From contig JBBSWX010000052.1 of NCBI GenBank assembly GCA_038046065.1, positions 1-36,774 of the forward strand: a stretch of DNA of 36,774 bases, read 5' to 3'. Numbering within the stretch: position 1 is the stretch's first letter; every line of letters begins with the position of its first letter. Below are positions 13,957 to 22,232 of this stretch, in pieces. The notes under the pieces were generated by a model. It ran no database searches. It was not told where the DNA came from and saw only the letters and a list, made by a program, of their open reading frames with translations. The stretch is from Candidatus Micrarchaeota archaeon. Lineage in GTDB: Archaea; Micrarchaeota; Micrarchaeia; Norongarragalinales; UBA97. A program made the translations under genes and the position numbers.

Positions 13957-14048
13957 GCCCCTGTAGCTCAGCGGTAGAGCGCCTGCATGGTATCCTTTTC
14001 CAAAGGCCTTAAAGCAGGAGGTCGCGGGTTCAATTCCCGTCGGGGGCT
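13957..14048 (+). tRNA. intron-containing tRNA, most likely tRNA-Thr (GGT) with an intron of about 20 nt at 37/38
   Basis: GCCCCTG-TA-GCTC-AGCGGTA-GAGC-G-CCTGC-[ATGGTA|TCCTTTTCCAAAGGCCTTAA|A]-GCAGG-AGGTC-GCGGG-TTCAATT-CCCGT-CGGGGGC-T. G1-C72 and U73 fit archaeal tRNA-Thr. Confidence 0.8.
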
Positions 14049-15532
14049 TGGCAGCGCTCCAATATCTTAACCATCCCGTTAGTCGCGTCCACGTGCACCG
14101 TGTCACCGTCCTTCAGCGCTTTCGTGGCGATGCGGCAGCCGACAACGCACGGCACGCCCAACTCGCGCGAAACGATTGCGGCGTGGCACGTCATGCCGCC
14201 CATGTCTGAAACGATTGCCGAGGCCTTGCGCATGGCTGTGACGATGTCAGGCGTGGTCGCCACGCTGACGAGCACGTCGCCCGCACGCATTTTAATCATG
14301 TCTCCCGGTACGTTCACTATGCATACGGCGCCAGTTGCTTCACCAGTGCAGGCACACTGACCGTGCAGCTCGGTCTCGTTGCCCGTCGCTTCGTGAGTCT
14401 TGATGCGCTTCGAGAACTCGCGCGCCTCCAAGCCTTCCATAAGCTTGAGGTCTTGCGGCGTTTGCAGTATTAGGCAGTACTCGGCTCGGCCGTCGAGCTT
14501 TTGCGCGAGCTTGCTTCCGTAGGTGAACGCTTGCGGCAGTTCTTCCGGCAGGAGGAACCGCACTTGTTTTAACGTCAAGCCCGTCCTCGCGGCGATTTCC
14601 GCCAGCGGCCGCTCGGCGGCGTAGAAAGACTTGAACATCACGTCCTTGCGCTTTGCTTTCAACATTATCGTCTTGCGCGCGAGTTCGAACAACCGCGCTT
14701 CTCGCCCCGCCAGTGCGAGTTTTTCTTCCAACTCGGTTCGCAGTTGCGGCAAGTCTTCGCGCCGCTTGCGTTTCAGTCCTTCGTGTGTTATGGCTGCCAG
14801 CTCTTTCGCAAACTCTTCCGCGCCCCACGCGGGGCCGTCGTAGTTGAAGTACGCCCAAGCGAACTCGGCAGCGTGCTTCTCGAGCGCGCCTGCCAGCGCA
14901 TCGTCCTCGCTGCGGATGATTGCCCACGCCGTCTTTGGCGCAGCCGCAATCCTCTTGGCCAGGCGCGCATCCATCTTCCTAGCAATTTCTTCAAGCGTCC
15001 TGCTCTCCCGTTCGCCCGCACTCTCAACCGGCGCGTGCGTAAGTATCTCGAAGGCGCGCGCTGTAGGTATTCCGAGCTTTTCCGCGTTTTTGGCGAGGAA
15101 TTCTTCAATCGCCTTCGTGGCGAGGGCGTGCGGCGCTTCGACGAACGTGGAAGGCATGCACGGGTAGTACGCCTCACCAAGCTTCGCATGGTGTTCAAGC
15201 ACCGTTTGAACGAGTTGTTCGCCAGTCATCGTGCGGTAGTCTTTGCGCAGTGCGCCTTCGCTCCACTCGTTCAGCCCGTCCAGCACGCGGTTGGCATCGC
15301 GAAAGTTGCTGTCGAGAAACGCAGGGTTTTCCAAAAACTCTTGCAGGGTTTTCTGGGCGTACTTGAGGTAGGGCTCGCCGTCGGTGCACCACCTTCCGTG
15401 GCCTGCAGATAATTCGGTGAGCGTGCTGAAGTTCGTGCCCGACTCGCGCGAGATGCGTGCGAACACCGGCAGGTGGCCGTACCACGAGTATATGCTAACG
15501 CCGTCCTCTTCAATCGCTACGAAAAAGTTCAT
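14030..15532 (-). CDS. PEP-utilising-enzyme swivel (phosphohistidine) domain protein with an unassigned N-terminal region of about 400 aa
   Basis: The C-terminus reads GAVCIVNVPGDMIKMRAGDVLVSVATTPDIVTAMRKASAIVSDMGGMTCHAAIVSRELGVPCVVG. The last 19 nt overlap the 3' end of the convergent tRNA. Confidence 0.75.
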   Translation of the reverse strand: MNFFVAIEEDGVSIYSWYGHLPVFARISRESGTNFSTLTELSAGHGRWCTDGEPYLKYAQKTLQEFLENPAFLDSNFRDANRVLDGLNEWSEGALRKDYRTMTGEQLVQTVLEHHAKLGEAYYPCMPSTFVEAPHALATKAIEEFLAKNAEKLGIPTARAFEILTHAPVESAGERESRTLEEIARKMDARLAKRIAAAPKTAWAIIRSEDDALAGALEKHAAEFAWAYFNYDGPAWGAEEFAKELAAITHEGLKRKRREDLPQLRTELEEKLALAGREARLFELARKTIMLKAKRKDVMFKSFYAAERPLAEIAARTGLTLKQVRFLLPEELPQAFTYGSKLAQKLDGRAEYCLILQTPQDLKLMEGLEAREFSKRIKTHEATGNETELHGQCACTGEATGAVCIVNVPGDMIKMRAGDVLVSVATTPDIVTAMRKASAIVSDMGGMTCHAAIVSRELGVPCVVGCRIATKALKDGDTVHVDATNGMVKILERCQAPDGN

Positions 15533-15605
15533 GAGATTTTGCCTTTACAATATGCTTTTCGTCCCTTCAGTCGTTTAACTATTTGCCGTCCATGGCCGGT
15601 TTTTA

Positions 15606-16271
15606 TTAATTCTTAGGGTGGCCTGCCGCCTGGCTCGCGAGTTTCGACAACAATTTTGTTTCGGCTTTCTGCAAGTGTTCCTGGAAGGTGGTGCGCGGCA
15701 TGCCTGCGAGAGCGGCGAGGCGCTTGACGCTATTGCGATGTGGGTACTCGTAATAGCCGTTCTCGAAGGCTTTCGCGAGGCAGTAGGCCTGCCGGCCGGT
15801 GAGGCCTGCCAAGGCCTGCGGGGCGAAGAGGTTGACTTCCTCGCTCTTGATGCTCATAAGCTCGGCGGTGGCGCGCGGCTTGCCGGAGTTTATCTTGCGG
15901 ACGAGTTCGTTAACGTCTCGTTTGCGCCATGCGCCAACAATCCAGTATTCGAACCCTTTGCGCACGCGGTTGGGTTTGAGGAAGAACACGCGGTTGCCGC
16001 ACAAGAGCGAGTGGTACTGGCTCTGCACTTTTATAGTGTAGAAAACTTGGTTGCCTGAAACGCCTTCTATCGCAATGCGTTTTTCCTTGCCGAGCTGGTT
16101 TATGAACTCGCGCGCGTCGCGCCCGGTGACGTAAAGCACGCGGCTGAGGAAAACGTTCTTGCCGCGCGTGAATGCATTGAGGTAATGGGCGTACACTTCA
16201 ACGTCGTAGCGCTTGGAAAGCTCGAGGTGCGCGCTTCCTTCGTGCCACACTTTCAGTTCGGCAACCCACAT
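15606..16271 (-). CDS. HTH_10 (bacterio-opsin-activator-type) DNA-binding regulator
   Basis: C-terminal LTGRQAYCLAKAFENGYYEYPHRNSVKRLAALAGMPRTTFQEHLQKAETKLL. It starts 39 nt downstream of the giant hydrolase stop on the same strand. Confidence 0.75.
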   Translation of the reverse strand: MWVAELKVWHEGSAHLELSKRYDVEVYAHYLNAFTRGKNVFLSRVLYVTGRDAREFINQLGKEKRIAIEGVSGNQVFYTIKVQSQYHSLLCGNRVFFLKPNRVRKGFEYWIVGAWRKRDVNELVRKINSGKPRATAELMSIKSEEVNLFAPQALAGLTGRQAYCLAKAFENGYYEYPHRNSVKRLAALAGMPRTTFQEHLQKAETKLLSKLASQAAGHPKN

Positions 16272-16310
16272 GCTCGCTATTTAGTTCCTGGCAGTATTTA
16301 TTCCGCCAAG

Positions 16311-19300
16311 TCAAGCGCTTTTCAAGTATGCGTCAACGCCTTCAGCAATCGCCTGCGCCGCGGCCTTGCGGTATTCCGGCGAGGCGAGCTTGCGCGCGTC
16401 ACCCGCGTTCGACAGGTATGCAAGTTCAACGAGCACGGTTGTCGCTTCGGGCGCGCCCCACGCGTACAGCGTTGAAGGGTGTTGGCGCAATCCGCGGTCG
16501 TTCGTTCCCAGCGCGCCTACTAACCGCGTGTGAATTGCTTGCGCAAGGAGCTTGCACTTGGCAGTCAACGTGGTTTCAGCCCGCGCGTCCCAATAGTACG
16601 TTTCAGTCCCGCTTGCCGCCGGTGCGCCGCCGTTCGCGTGTATGCTGATGAACGCGTCGGCGCCTTTCTTCAACGCATTGCGCGCCGTGAATGAAGCGTC
16701 GCCAGCCGCGGGGGCATAGTCGGTGGCGCGCGTTTGCCTTACGGTATAGCCTTTCTGCTGCAGTAGCCTTCCCGCTTCGAGCGCAACTGCGAGGTTGACG
16801 TCGCGCTCGAGCACATTCTTGTCCACGATGCTAGTAGCGCCCTCTTTCGGGTGGCCGATGCCGTGCCCCGCGTCAAGCACTACCACCTTGCCGTTAGAGC
16901 CAGCAACTTCCGTTTTCTGGGGGATTGTCACCGCCGCGCCGGGCACTGCGCACGCGTGGCCGTAAAGCTCGCTGCAGCGCTGCTGCACAGCGTCGTAGTA
17001 ATAAGCGCCGTAGCCCTTGCGGTTGCATTTGCTTGCAGCAAAGTGCTTGAGGCACGCTTCGTTAAGCGCCTGTTTGAAGGGCATTCCCCCCTCCCACAGT
17101 TTCTTGGCGGTTGCCGCAGTTCCGCTGCCGCGGTTGTAGTACAGCCCCATGAACTGCAGGAGCTTCTCGCCCCGCAACCCTGCCTTGACGCCTGCGTTGA
17201 ATGCGGGAAGCAAGTGCCCCCGCACGCCGTTGCGAATGTTTTCTTCTAGGCTGCAGCCGCTCTTGGCGCAGGAAACAACTTGCATCGGCCCCTGGCGGTT
17301 TGGTGGGTTTTCGCGGCAGCCGCTTTCCTGCATTATCAGCGCCTTGACGAAATCTACGCTCACGCCTGCCGCCAGCAGTCCCGCCGTGCCCAGTTCTTTC
17401 TGCAGCAGCGCGTCGTACTTGTTGCACGCGGCAACTCTCGCGGGCGTGGTCGAGGCGATTGCGGGAACGCCGCCTACGGCAACCAGTTCGCTTTCCTTGC
17501 ACGCCATTCTCACTGAAGGCTCGTCGCCGAAGTATATTTGCAGCCCGCCGAACAGCGATTGCGCGATGCGCTCCAAGTCTTCAGGCTCGTTGAACGGCGA
17601 GCTTGGCGAGGCTATTGCCAGCGAAACAGCAGGTATGCTTGCGAGAGCGGCGCTCGACTCCACACCTGCCTTGCTCAAGGGCGCGCCTTTGGAAGTGGCT
17701 GCTTGCAGCTGGCTGAGCATTATTGCCGCGAGGCGGCGGGACTTTTCGTCCTTGAATTGCGCTGCCGGGGCGCTCTCGCTCGCGAATGAGAGTTCTAGCA
17801 TCAAATCTGCTTTCGCGCTTGCCGCGGTGTCGGCGCGCGCCTGCACGTTGGCTTGCGCCTCGCCGTTGCATTCTTCCTCGGTTACTGTGACTGCGGTTGC
17901 GCCAGTTTGCTGCAACAGTTGCGAGAGCCTTCCTGCAATCGTCATCGTCGCATCCAACTCTCCCGCTAGGGGAGGGGTGCACGAGCCTGCGTGCGCAACG
18001 TCTATCGCAATTACTTTGCCTTCCAACCCCGTGGCAGTTGTTTCTTCAGGCGCCATCGAGATGCTTGAAGTGCTTGAAGCGAGGGTTGCGCGGCACGATG
18101 GAATCACGCGCACAGCGCCAGCGTAGTGGGCTTGGTTATAGCTGTTGCACAAGCTGGAGATTGACGCCGTGCGGCCGGGGCTGGGTTCGTTTATGAACGC
18201 GCACTTGCCGTACTTGCTTTCAACCGCGTTGCCTGCGTACATTCCCACGTGCGTTATGCCTCCCCGTTTGTCGGTGTTCTTGAAGAAAACCAAGTCGCCG
18301 GGAACGAGTTCTTCCACGCGCGTGCCGACCGTGTACTGCTGCCTTGCCATGCGCGGCAGCGTCACGCCTAACTTTCGCATTACGCTTTGCACGAACCCCG
18401 AGCAGTCGGCTCCCGTGGAGAGGGACGTTCCCCCTTTGACGTAAGGCAGCTTGCCCACGTGCTTCGCCGCTTCCTGCACTACCGCGAGGCCGTCGGCGCC
18501 GCAAGCGCCTGTTGCAGTTGCCGCGGCGCTTTGCTTCACACGCGTTTCCAGGTAGCTCGTCGCGTCGTACTCTTCCCCGCAATCTTCCGGTTTGAGTTGT
18601 ATGTGCTCGACTTTGAGAGTTACTGGCACTTTATCGACGCGTTCGGGCAAGTCCAACAGGCCGAAACTCATGGTGCCTTTCACTTCGTCGAACGGAATGC
18701 TGCCGTCATCGCCCAGCTCGATGTCAGTCACGTCGGCGATTATGTTGAGCGTAGTCACTCCGCCTTCAAAGCCGTGTTGTTGGCTTGCGTAATTCGCCAC
18801 GTCGCCTTCAAACGCAGTGAGCGGCGAGTTTATCTCGAGGGGCGTAATGAGCGGTATTTTCAACGTCGTTCGTGGTTCTAGTTCGGTTACCGTGAGCGTG
18901 ATTTCTTCCGGCAGCTTCGGGAAGAACGCGTAAGCGTCCTCGCCGCCAGTGCCGCCTGCCTTGGGCGTGGCGGTTGTTTCAGGCGTGGGCGACGCGCCCG
19001 GCGCAGGAGTCGCTTGCCCTTGCGCGCGCGAGTTCTTTTCGTAATTTGCAACAACCGCTTCGGCCGCCTTGAATTTTTCAAGGACGCTTCCTTGCAGCGA
19101 GTCCGTTCTCGCGGCGTCGATTTCCGCGTTCAGCAACTGAATGAGGCGCGCCTTCTCACTTTCGCTCGCGCCGTTCTTCCTCCACGCGCTGTCGAGCCTT
19201 GCCAACAGCAGCGCGTACGCCATGGTTTCCTGAACGCGTTGTGCGGGAGTGCTGCTGCCGGAAGCTATTTTGAATAGTTGCGCGCCTGCCTGCGGGATGC

Positions 19301-20150
19301 CTGTCGCGCTGCCGCCTGCTTCGTAAGCGGCTGCCAGCACGTTTAGCGCGGCAACCTTGCTTGCAACCGTTCCCGCAGTCGCTTCTTGCGCAGTGAGCGC
19401 GGCGCTTGCCATCGCGTTGAACGCCGCTGCGGCGGGGCTGGACAGCCGCATTCGCGAAACTCGCCGGATGGCGTCAAGCGCAACTTCATTTTGCGGCAAT
19501 TCGCCTTGTTGCAATGCACTCGCATTCGCGAGGAGCGTGCTTGCGAAGTCTTGCGTTGAAAATATCACTAGCAGCGGCTGGAGGGCGTTTGGTGCAAAGC
19601 TGCCGGTTGTTTGCGCGCCTCCCGCGGCGGTCGTTTCAATTCCTTCAGGCATAGGAGGCGAAACCGAACCGTTTCCACCATTTACTTCCACTTCGTTCGC
19701 TTCGTTTTCCCACGCGGTTTTCTTCGTTGAAGCCGTTATCGTCGTGCTGCCGCCTGCGGGTATCTCGAGTTGCGCGATGCTAGCGCCGGGAATGGCTGCG
19801 GCGTTGCTCGCATAATCGCCGTATTCTACCGTGACGCTCGACGACTCGCCGCCGCCCGCGCCTTCAGGCAGCGTGGCTATCGCGCCAAGGCGCGTAGTCT
19901 CTTTGTTAGAATTGGATACTGTGACGCGCGTCGTCTCTCCTTCGCGCGAGGAGGTCACTGCGTGCAGCACGGTTACTCCGGGGGCGGGGGAGTGCGAGTA
20001 CGTAGTTATGTTGAACGCCGCGCCTGCCGCGGGCTGGAACCACTCAGGGTGCTTCACTCCTTGCAGGATGAGCGCGAGCAGCACGAGGAGCCCGAACGCA
20101 ATCACCAAGGCGCGCTTCCTGTGCGCATCGCTTTCCTTCGCCGCGGCCAT
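16311..20150 (-). CDS. membrane-anchored multi-domain murein hydrolase: NlpC/P60 + degenerate Amidase_3 + SLT lytic transglycosylase + Amidase_3
   Basis: N-terminal anchor KRALVIAFGLLVLLALILQGV. NlpC/P60: GADCSGFVQSV...GITHVGMY...HYAGAVRV (about nt 18105-18470). SLT: ALIMQESGCR...GPMQV...YYNRGSG (about 17090-17400). Amidase_3: VVVLDAGHG...ERDVNL...AFISIHANGG...VLVELAYLSN (about 16320-16895). Confidence 0.9.
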   Translation of the reverse strand: MAAAKESDAHRKRALVIAFGLLVLLALILQGVKHPEWFQPAAGAAFNITTYSHSPAPGVTVLHAVTSSREGETTRVTVSNSNKETTRLGAIATLPEGAGGGESSSVTVEYGDYASNAAAIPGASIAQLEIPAGGSTTITASTKKTAWENEANEVEVNGGNGSVSPPMPEGIETTAAGGAQTTGSFAPNALQPLLVIFSTQDFASTLLANASALQQGELPQNEVALDAIRRVSRMRLSSPAAAAFNAMASAALTAQEATAGTVASKVAALNVLAAAYEAGGSATGIPQAGAQLFKIASGSSTPAQRVQETMAYALLLARLDSAWRKNGASESEKARLIQLLNAEIDAARTDSLQGSVLEKFKAAEAVVANYEKNSRAQGQATPAPGASPTPETTATPKAGGTGGEDAYAFFPKLPEEITLTVTELEPRTTLKIPLITPLEINSPLTAFEGDVANYASQQHGFEGGVTTLNIIADVTDIELGDDGSIPFDEVKGTMSFGLLDLPERVDKVPVTLKVEHIQLKPEDCGEEYDATSYLETRVKQSAAATATGACGADGLAVVQEAAKHVGKLPYVKGGTSLSTGADCSGFVQSVMRKLGVTLPRMARQQYTVGTRVEELVPGDLVFFKNTDKRGGITHVGMYAGNAVESKYGKCAFINEPSPGRTASISSLCNSYNQAHYAGAVRVIPSCRATLASSTSSISMAPEETTATGLEGKVIAIDVAHAGSCTPPLAGELDATMTIAGRLSQLLQQTGATAVTVTEEECNGEAQANVQARADTAASAKADLMLELSFASESAPAAQFKDEKSRRLAAIMLSQLQAATSKGAPLSKAGVESSAALASIPAVSLAIASPSSPFNEPEDLERIAQSLFGGLQIYFGDEPSVRMACKESELVAVGGVPAIASTTPARVAACNKYDALLQKELGTAGLLAAGVSVDFVKALIMQESGCRENPPNRQGPMQVVSCAKSGCSLEENIRNGVRGHLLPAFNAGVKAGLRGEKLLQFMGLYYNRGSGTAATAKKLWEGGMPFKQALNEACLKHFAASKCNRKGYGAYYYDAVQQRCSELYGHACAVPGAAVTIPQKTEVAGSNGKVVVLDAGHGIGHPKEGATSIVDKNVLERDVNLAVALEAGRLLQQKGYTVRQTRATDYAPAAGDASFTARNALKKGADAFISIHANGGAPAASGTETYYWDARAETTLTAKCKLLAQAIHTRLVGALGTNDRGLRQHPSTLYAWGAPEATTVLVELAYLSNAGDARKLASPEYRKAAAQAIAEGVDAYLKSA

Positions 20151-20270
20151 GCGGGTATTACTGCGCGTCTGAATAAAAACCGGCCGGGGGGGTGCCTGCT
20201 GGGTAATGCTTATTAACTTCTCGGAGGCCTAACTTCTTCGGGAGCTTCTTCTAAGGAGAGTTGATGATAT

Positions 20271-20765
20271 ATGGCTAAAATAGTTATTTCGGCACTAGTG
20301 GAAGGCGGCAAGGCCAGCGCTGCGCCGCCGCTAGGCCCGGCGCTCGGACCGTCCGGCTTGAACCTCGGCGAGATAATCGCGGCGATAAACAAGAAGACCG
20401 AAGCGTTCGCCGGCATGCAAGTGCCCGTGAAAGTTATTGTGGACAAGGCTTCGCGCACTTTCGAGATTGAGGTTGGCACGCCGCCCGTGAGCGGCCTGGT
20501 GAAAAGCAAGCTCGGCATTTCCGCACCCGTGAAGGAAGAGGCGGGCGTGAAGGGCAAGAAGACGATTGGCAACCTTTCGTTCGACCAGCTCGTTTCCATC
20601 TGCAAGATGAAGCAGGAAGGCGCGCTAGCCAAGTCCCTCAAGGCGCTTGCTTGCGAGGTGGCCGGCACGTGCCTCAGCATGGGCGTGACTATCGAAGGCA
20701 AGGGTCCGAAGGAAATCGTCGCTGCGATAAAGGAAGGCAAGTTCGACGCCAAGCTCGCCGGTTGA
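20271..20765 (+). CDS. rpl11: 50S ribosomal protein uL11
   Basis: VEGGKASAAPPLGPALGPSGLNLGEIIAAINKKT...FEIEVGTPPVS. AAGGAG lies upstream of the ATG. Confidence 0.95.
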   Translation: MAKIVISALVEGGKASAAPPLGPALGPSGLNLGEIIAAINKKTEAFAGMQVPVKVIVDKASRTFEIEVGTPPVSGLVKSKLGISAPVKEEAGVKGKKTIGNLSFDQLVSICKMKQEGALAKSLKALACEVAGTCLSMGVTIEGKGPKEIVAAIKEGKFDAKLAG

Positions 20766-20901
20766 AAAGCCCGCAAGCCGCGCGAATGCGTTTCTTTCGC
20801 AGCATGATTTCGCGTTCTTTCCGCCTAACGCAGTTCACGCGTGCCCGCATTCCTTCAGGCCGCGGTAATGATACCTATTTATGCCTGCCAGTGCCTAATA
20901 C

Positions 20902-21351
20902 GTGCGAGGCGATTGTTTCTTGAATTCTGCGGGACAACTTTTACAAACTTCCTTCTCCCGCCAGGTTCAAGCACGCTTCAAGGATTTCGACGATTTTGAA
21001 TTAGTACTAAAAGATTCTGTTCAGCGCGAGCTGCGCGGCCGGCAATCCGATTGGATGCACACGCTGGCCGTCGTGCAGAACATGAAGCGGCTCGTGTCGG
21101 TGGAAGGAGGAAAGCGTGACATACTAGTACCGCTTGCTTATGTGCACGAGATCGCGCGGCCGAAAGGCGACGTCACCGTGCTCTACCCCGGCAGGACCGC
21201 GGTGCTGCAGCGCTGCGCCTTCTGCGCCGAGCACGCCAAAACGCTTTTGTTATCACTAGGCTTTCCTGAAGACAAGGCAATCAACATCGCGCGCCTGCTC
21301 GAGTCGAACGAGTGCATGGAACTCAAGCGCGCCCACCACGCGATACTCTAG
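20902..21351 (+). CDS. HD-superfamily-like protein (weak)
   Basis: H...HE spacing (WMHTLAVVQNMKRL ... LAYVHEIARP) resembles an HD domain with Asp replaced by Glu. Start uncertain (GTG 20902 or TTG 20920). Confidence 0.35.
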   Translation: MRGDCFLNSAGQLLQTSFSRQVQARFKDFDDFELVLKDSVQRELRGRQSDWMHTLAVVQNMKRLVSVEGGKRDILVPLAYVHEIARPKGDVTVLYPGRTAVLQRCAFCAEHAKTLLLSLGFPEDKAINIARLLESNECMELKRAHHAIL

Positions 21352-22232
21352 TTTTTGCGTGCCTTCCTGAAGCAGGCGACTATCTCTGCGTAAGTGCCAG
21401 CAATTTCATTTACTGTTTGCGCGCGCGTTGCTTTTCCCGCAATCATCTTGGCCAGCGGGGCGCGGAATATCGTGCGGCCTACTGCGAAGCCTTCCACCCC
21501 CGGCACGGCGGCCGCGGTTGCAACCCACTTTTTAACGTGGTCGAGCGACTCGCCGCGGCCGAGCACTATCACGCGCGAGCCCGGCGCGAACGCCAACGCC
21601 GCACCGAAAACCTCGCCGGCCGTTTGCTTCGACTCCACGCCTTCAAGCTTCCACACTGCGGGGCGCACGCCTGCAGTGGTTATCTCGCGCAACGCCTTCA
21701 CCATCAACGCCGGCCGCGCCCTGCAGTCAAAGTTTTTTCCGTACGCCTTCAATTGGCTTTTCGTCGGTGGCACGAGCATCTCGAACAACAGCTTCCCGCC
21801 GTTAGCGTCAAGCCACTGCTGCAGCTGCCGCAGCCTAACCAACTGCCGTTTGTTCAACGCCTTGTTGGCCGGGTTGTAGCGCACGAGCACTTTCACGAAG
21901 TCTGGCTTGAACTTGCGCACGTGGCTCGCAAAGTTTTTTCCGTACTCGAATTGAAACTCTTCACACCCGCTCTTCTCCACGGGCAGCGCGAACGCCACTT
22001 TTTCCTTTCTAGCGCGCCTCAGCACGGCCGCACCGTACTCCTCGTCGCACAAGACCGCTGCCTCGCGCCTAACAACTTTCCCACTGCGGATTGCCTGCAT
22101 CACCGCGTCGAAAACCGTTTCTTTCGCCGCTTCAATCCTTCGCTTTTGGGCGGGCGTGGGCGTCCCCTTCACGGCGAATAGTTTCTCGCGGAATGACACG
22201 CGTTGGTCGAAAGCGAGTATGAAGAGCGTCAA
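21348..22232 (-). CDS. DUF2090 / IolC-C-terminal-like class I aldolase-fold protein
   Basis: FILAFDQRVSF, LLFEMLVPP, VWKLEG, VIVLGRG and GFAVGRTIF match my memory of the DUF2090 pattern. The TTG start overlaps the PfkB stop. Confidence 0.7.
   Translation of the reverse strand: MTLFILAFDQRVSFREKLFAVKGTPTPAQKRRIEAAKETVFDAVMQAIRSGKVVRREAAVLCDEEYGAAVLRRARKEKVAFALPVEKSGCEEFQFEYGKNFASHVRKFKPDFVKVLVRYNPANKALNKRQLVRLRQLQQWLDANGGKLLFEMLVPPTKSQLKAYGKNFDCRARPALMVKALREITTAGVRPAVWKLEGVESKQTAGEVFGAALAFAPGSRVIVLGRGESLDHVKKWVATAAAVPGVEGFAVGRTIFRAPLAKMIAGKATRAQTVNEIAGTYAEIVACFRKARKN

Noticed and set aside
12785-14106. Track ORFs 12785..13495 (-), 13290..13595 (+), 13489..13764 (-), 13677..13928 (+) and 13783..14106 (-)
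   Set aside because: They run across tRNA genes, the leader modules or the eL40 gene in wrong frames, and they have Arg/Ser/Pro-rich composition.
17149-19815. Several long plus-strand ORFs (17149..18126, 18387..18881, 19357..19815)
   Set aside because: All are antisense to the 1279-aa hydrolase gene, none has a recognisable motif, and all are GC-driven open frames.
21312-22181. 289-aa plus-strand ORF
   Set aside because: It is antisense to the DUF2090 gene, rich in His/Arg/Leu, and has no motif.
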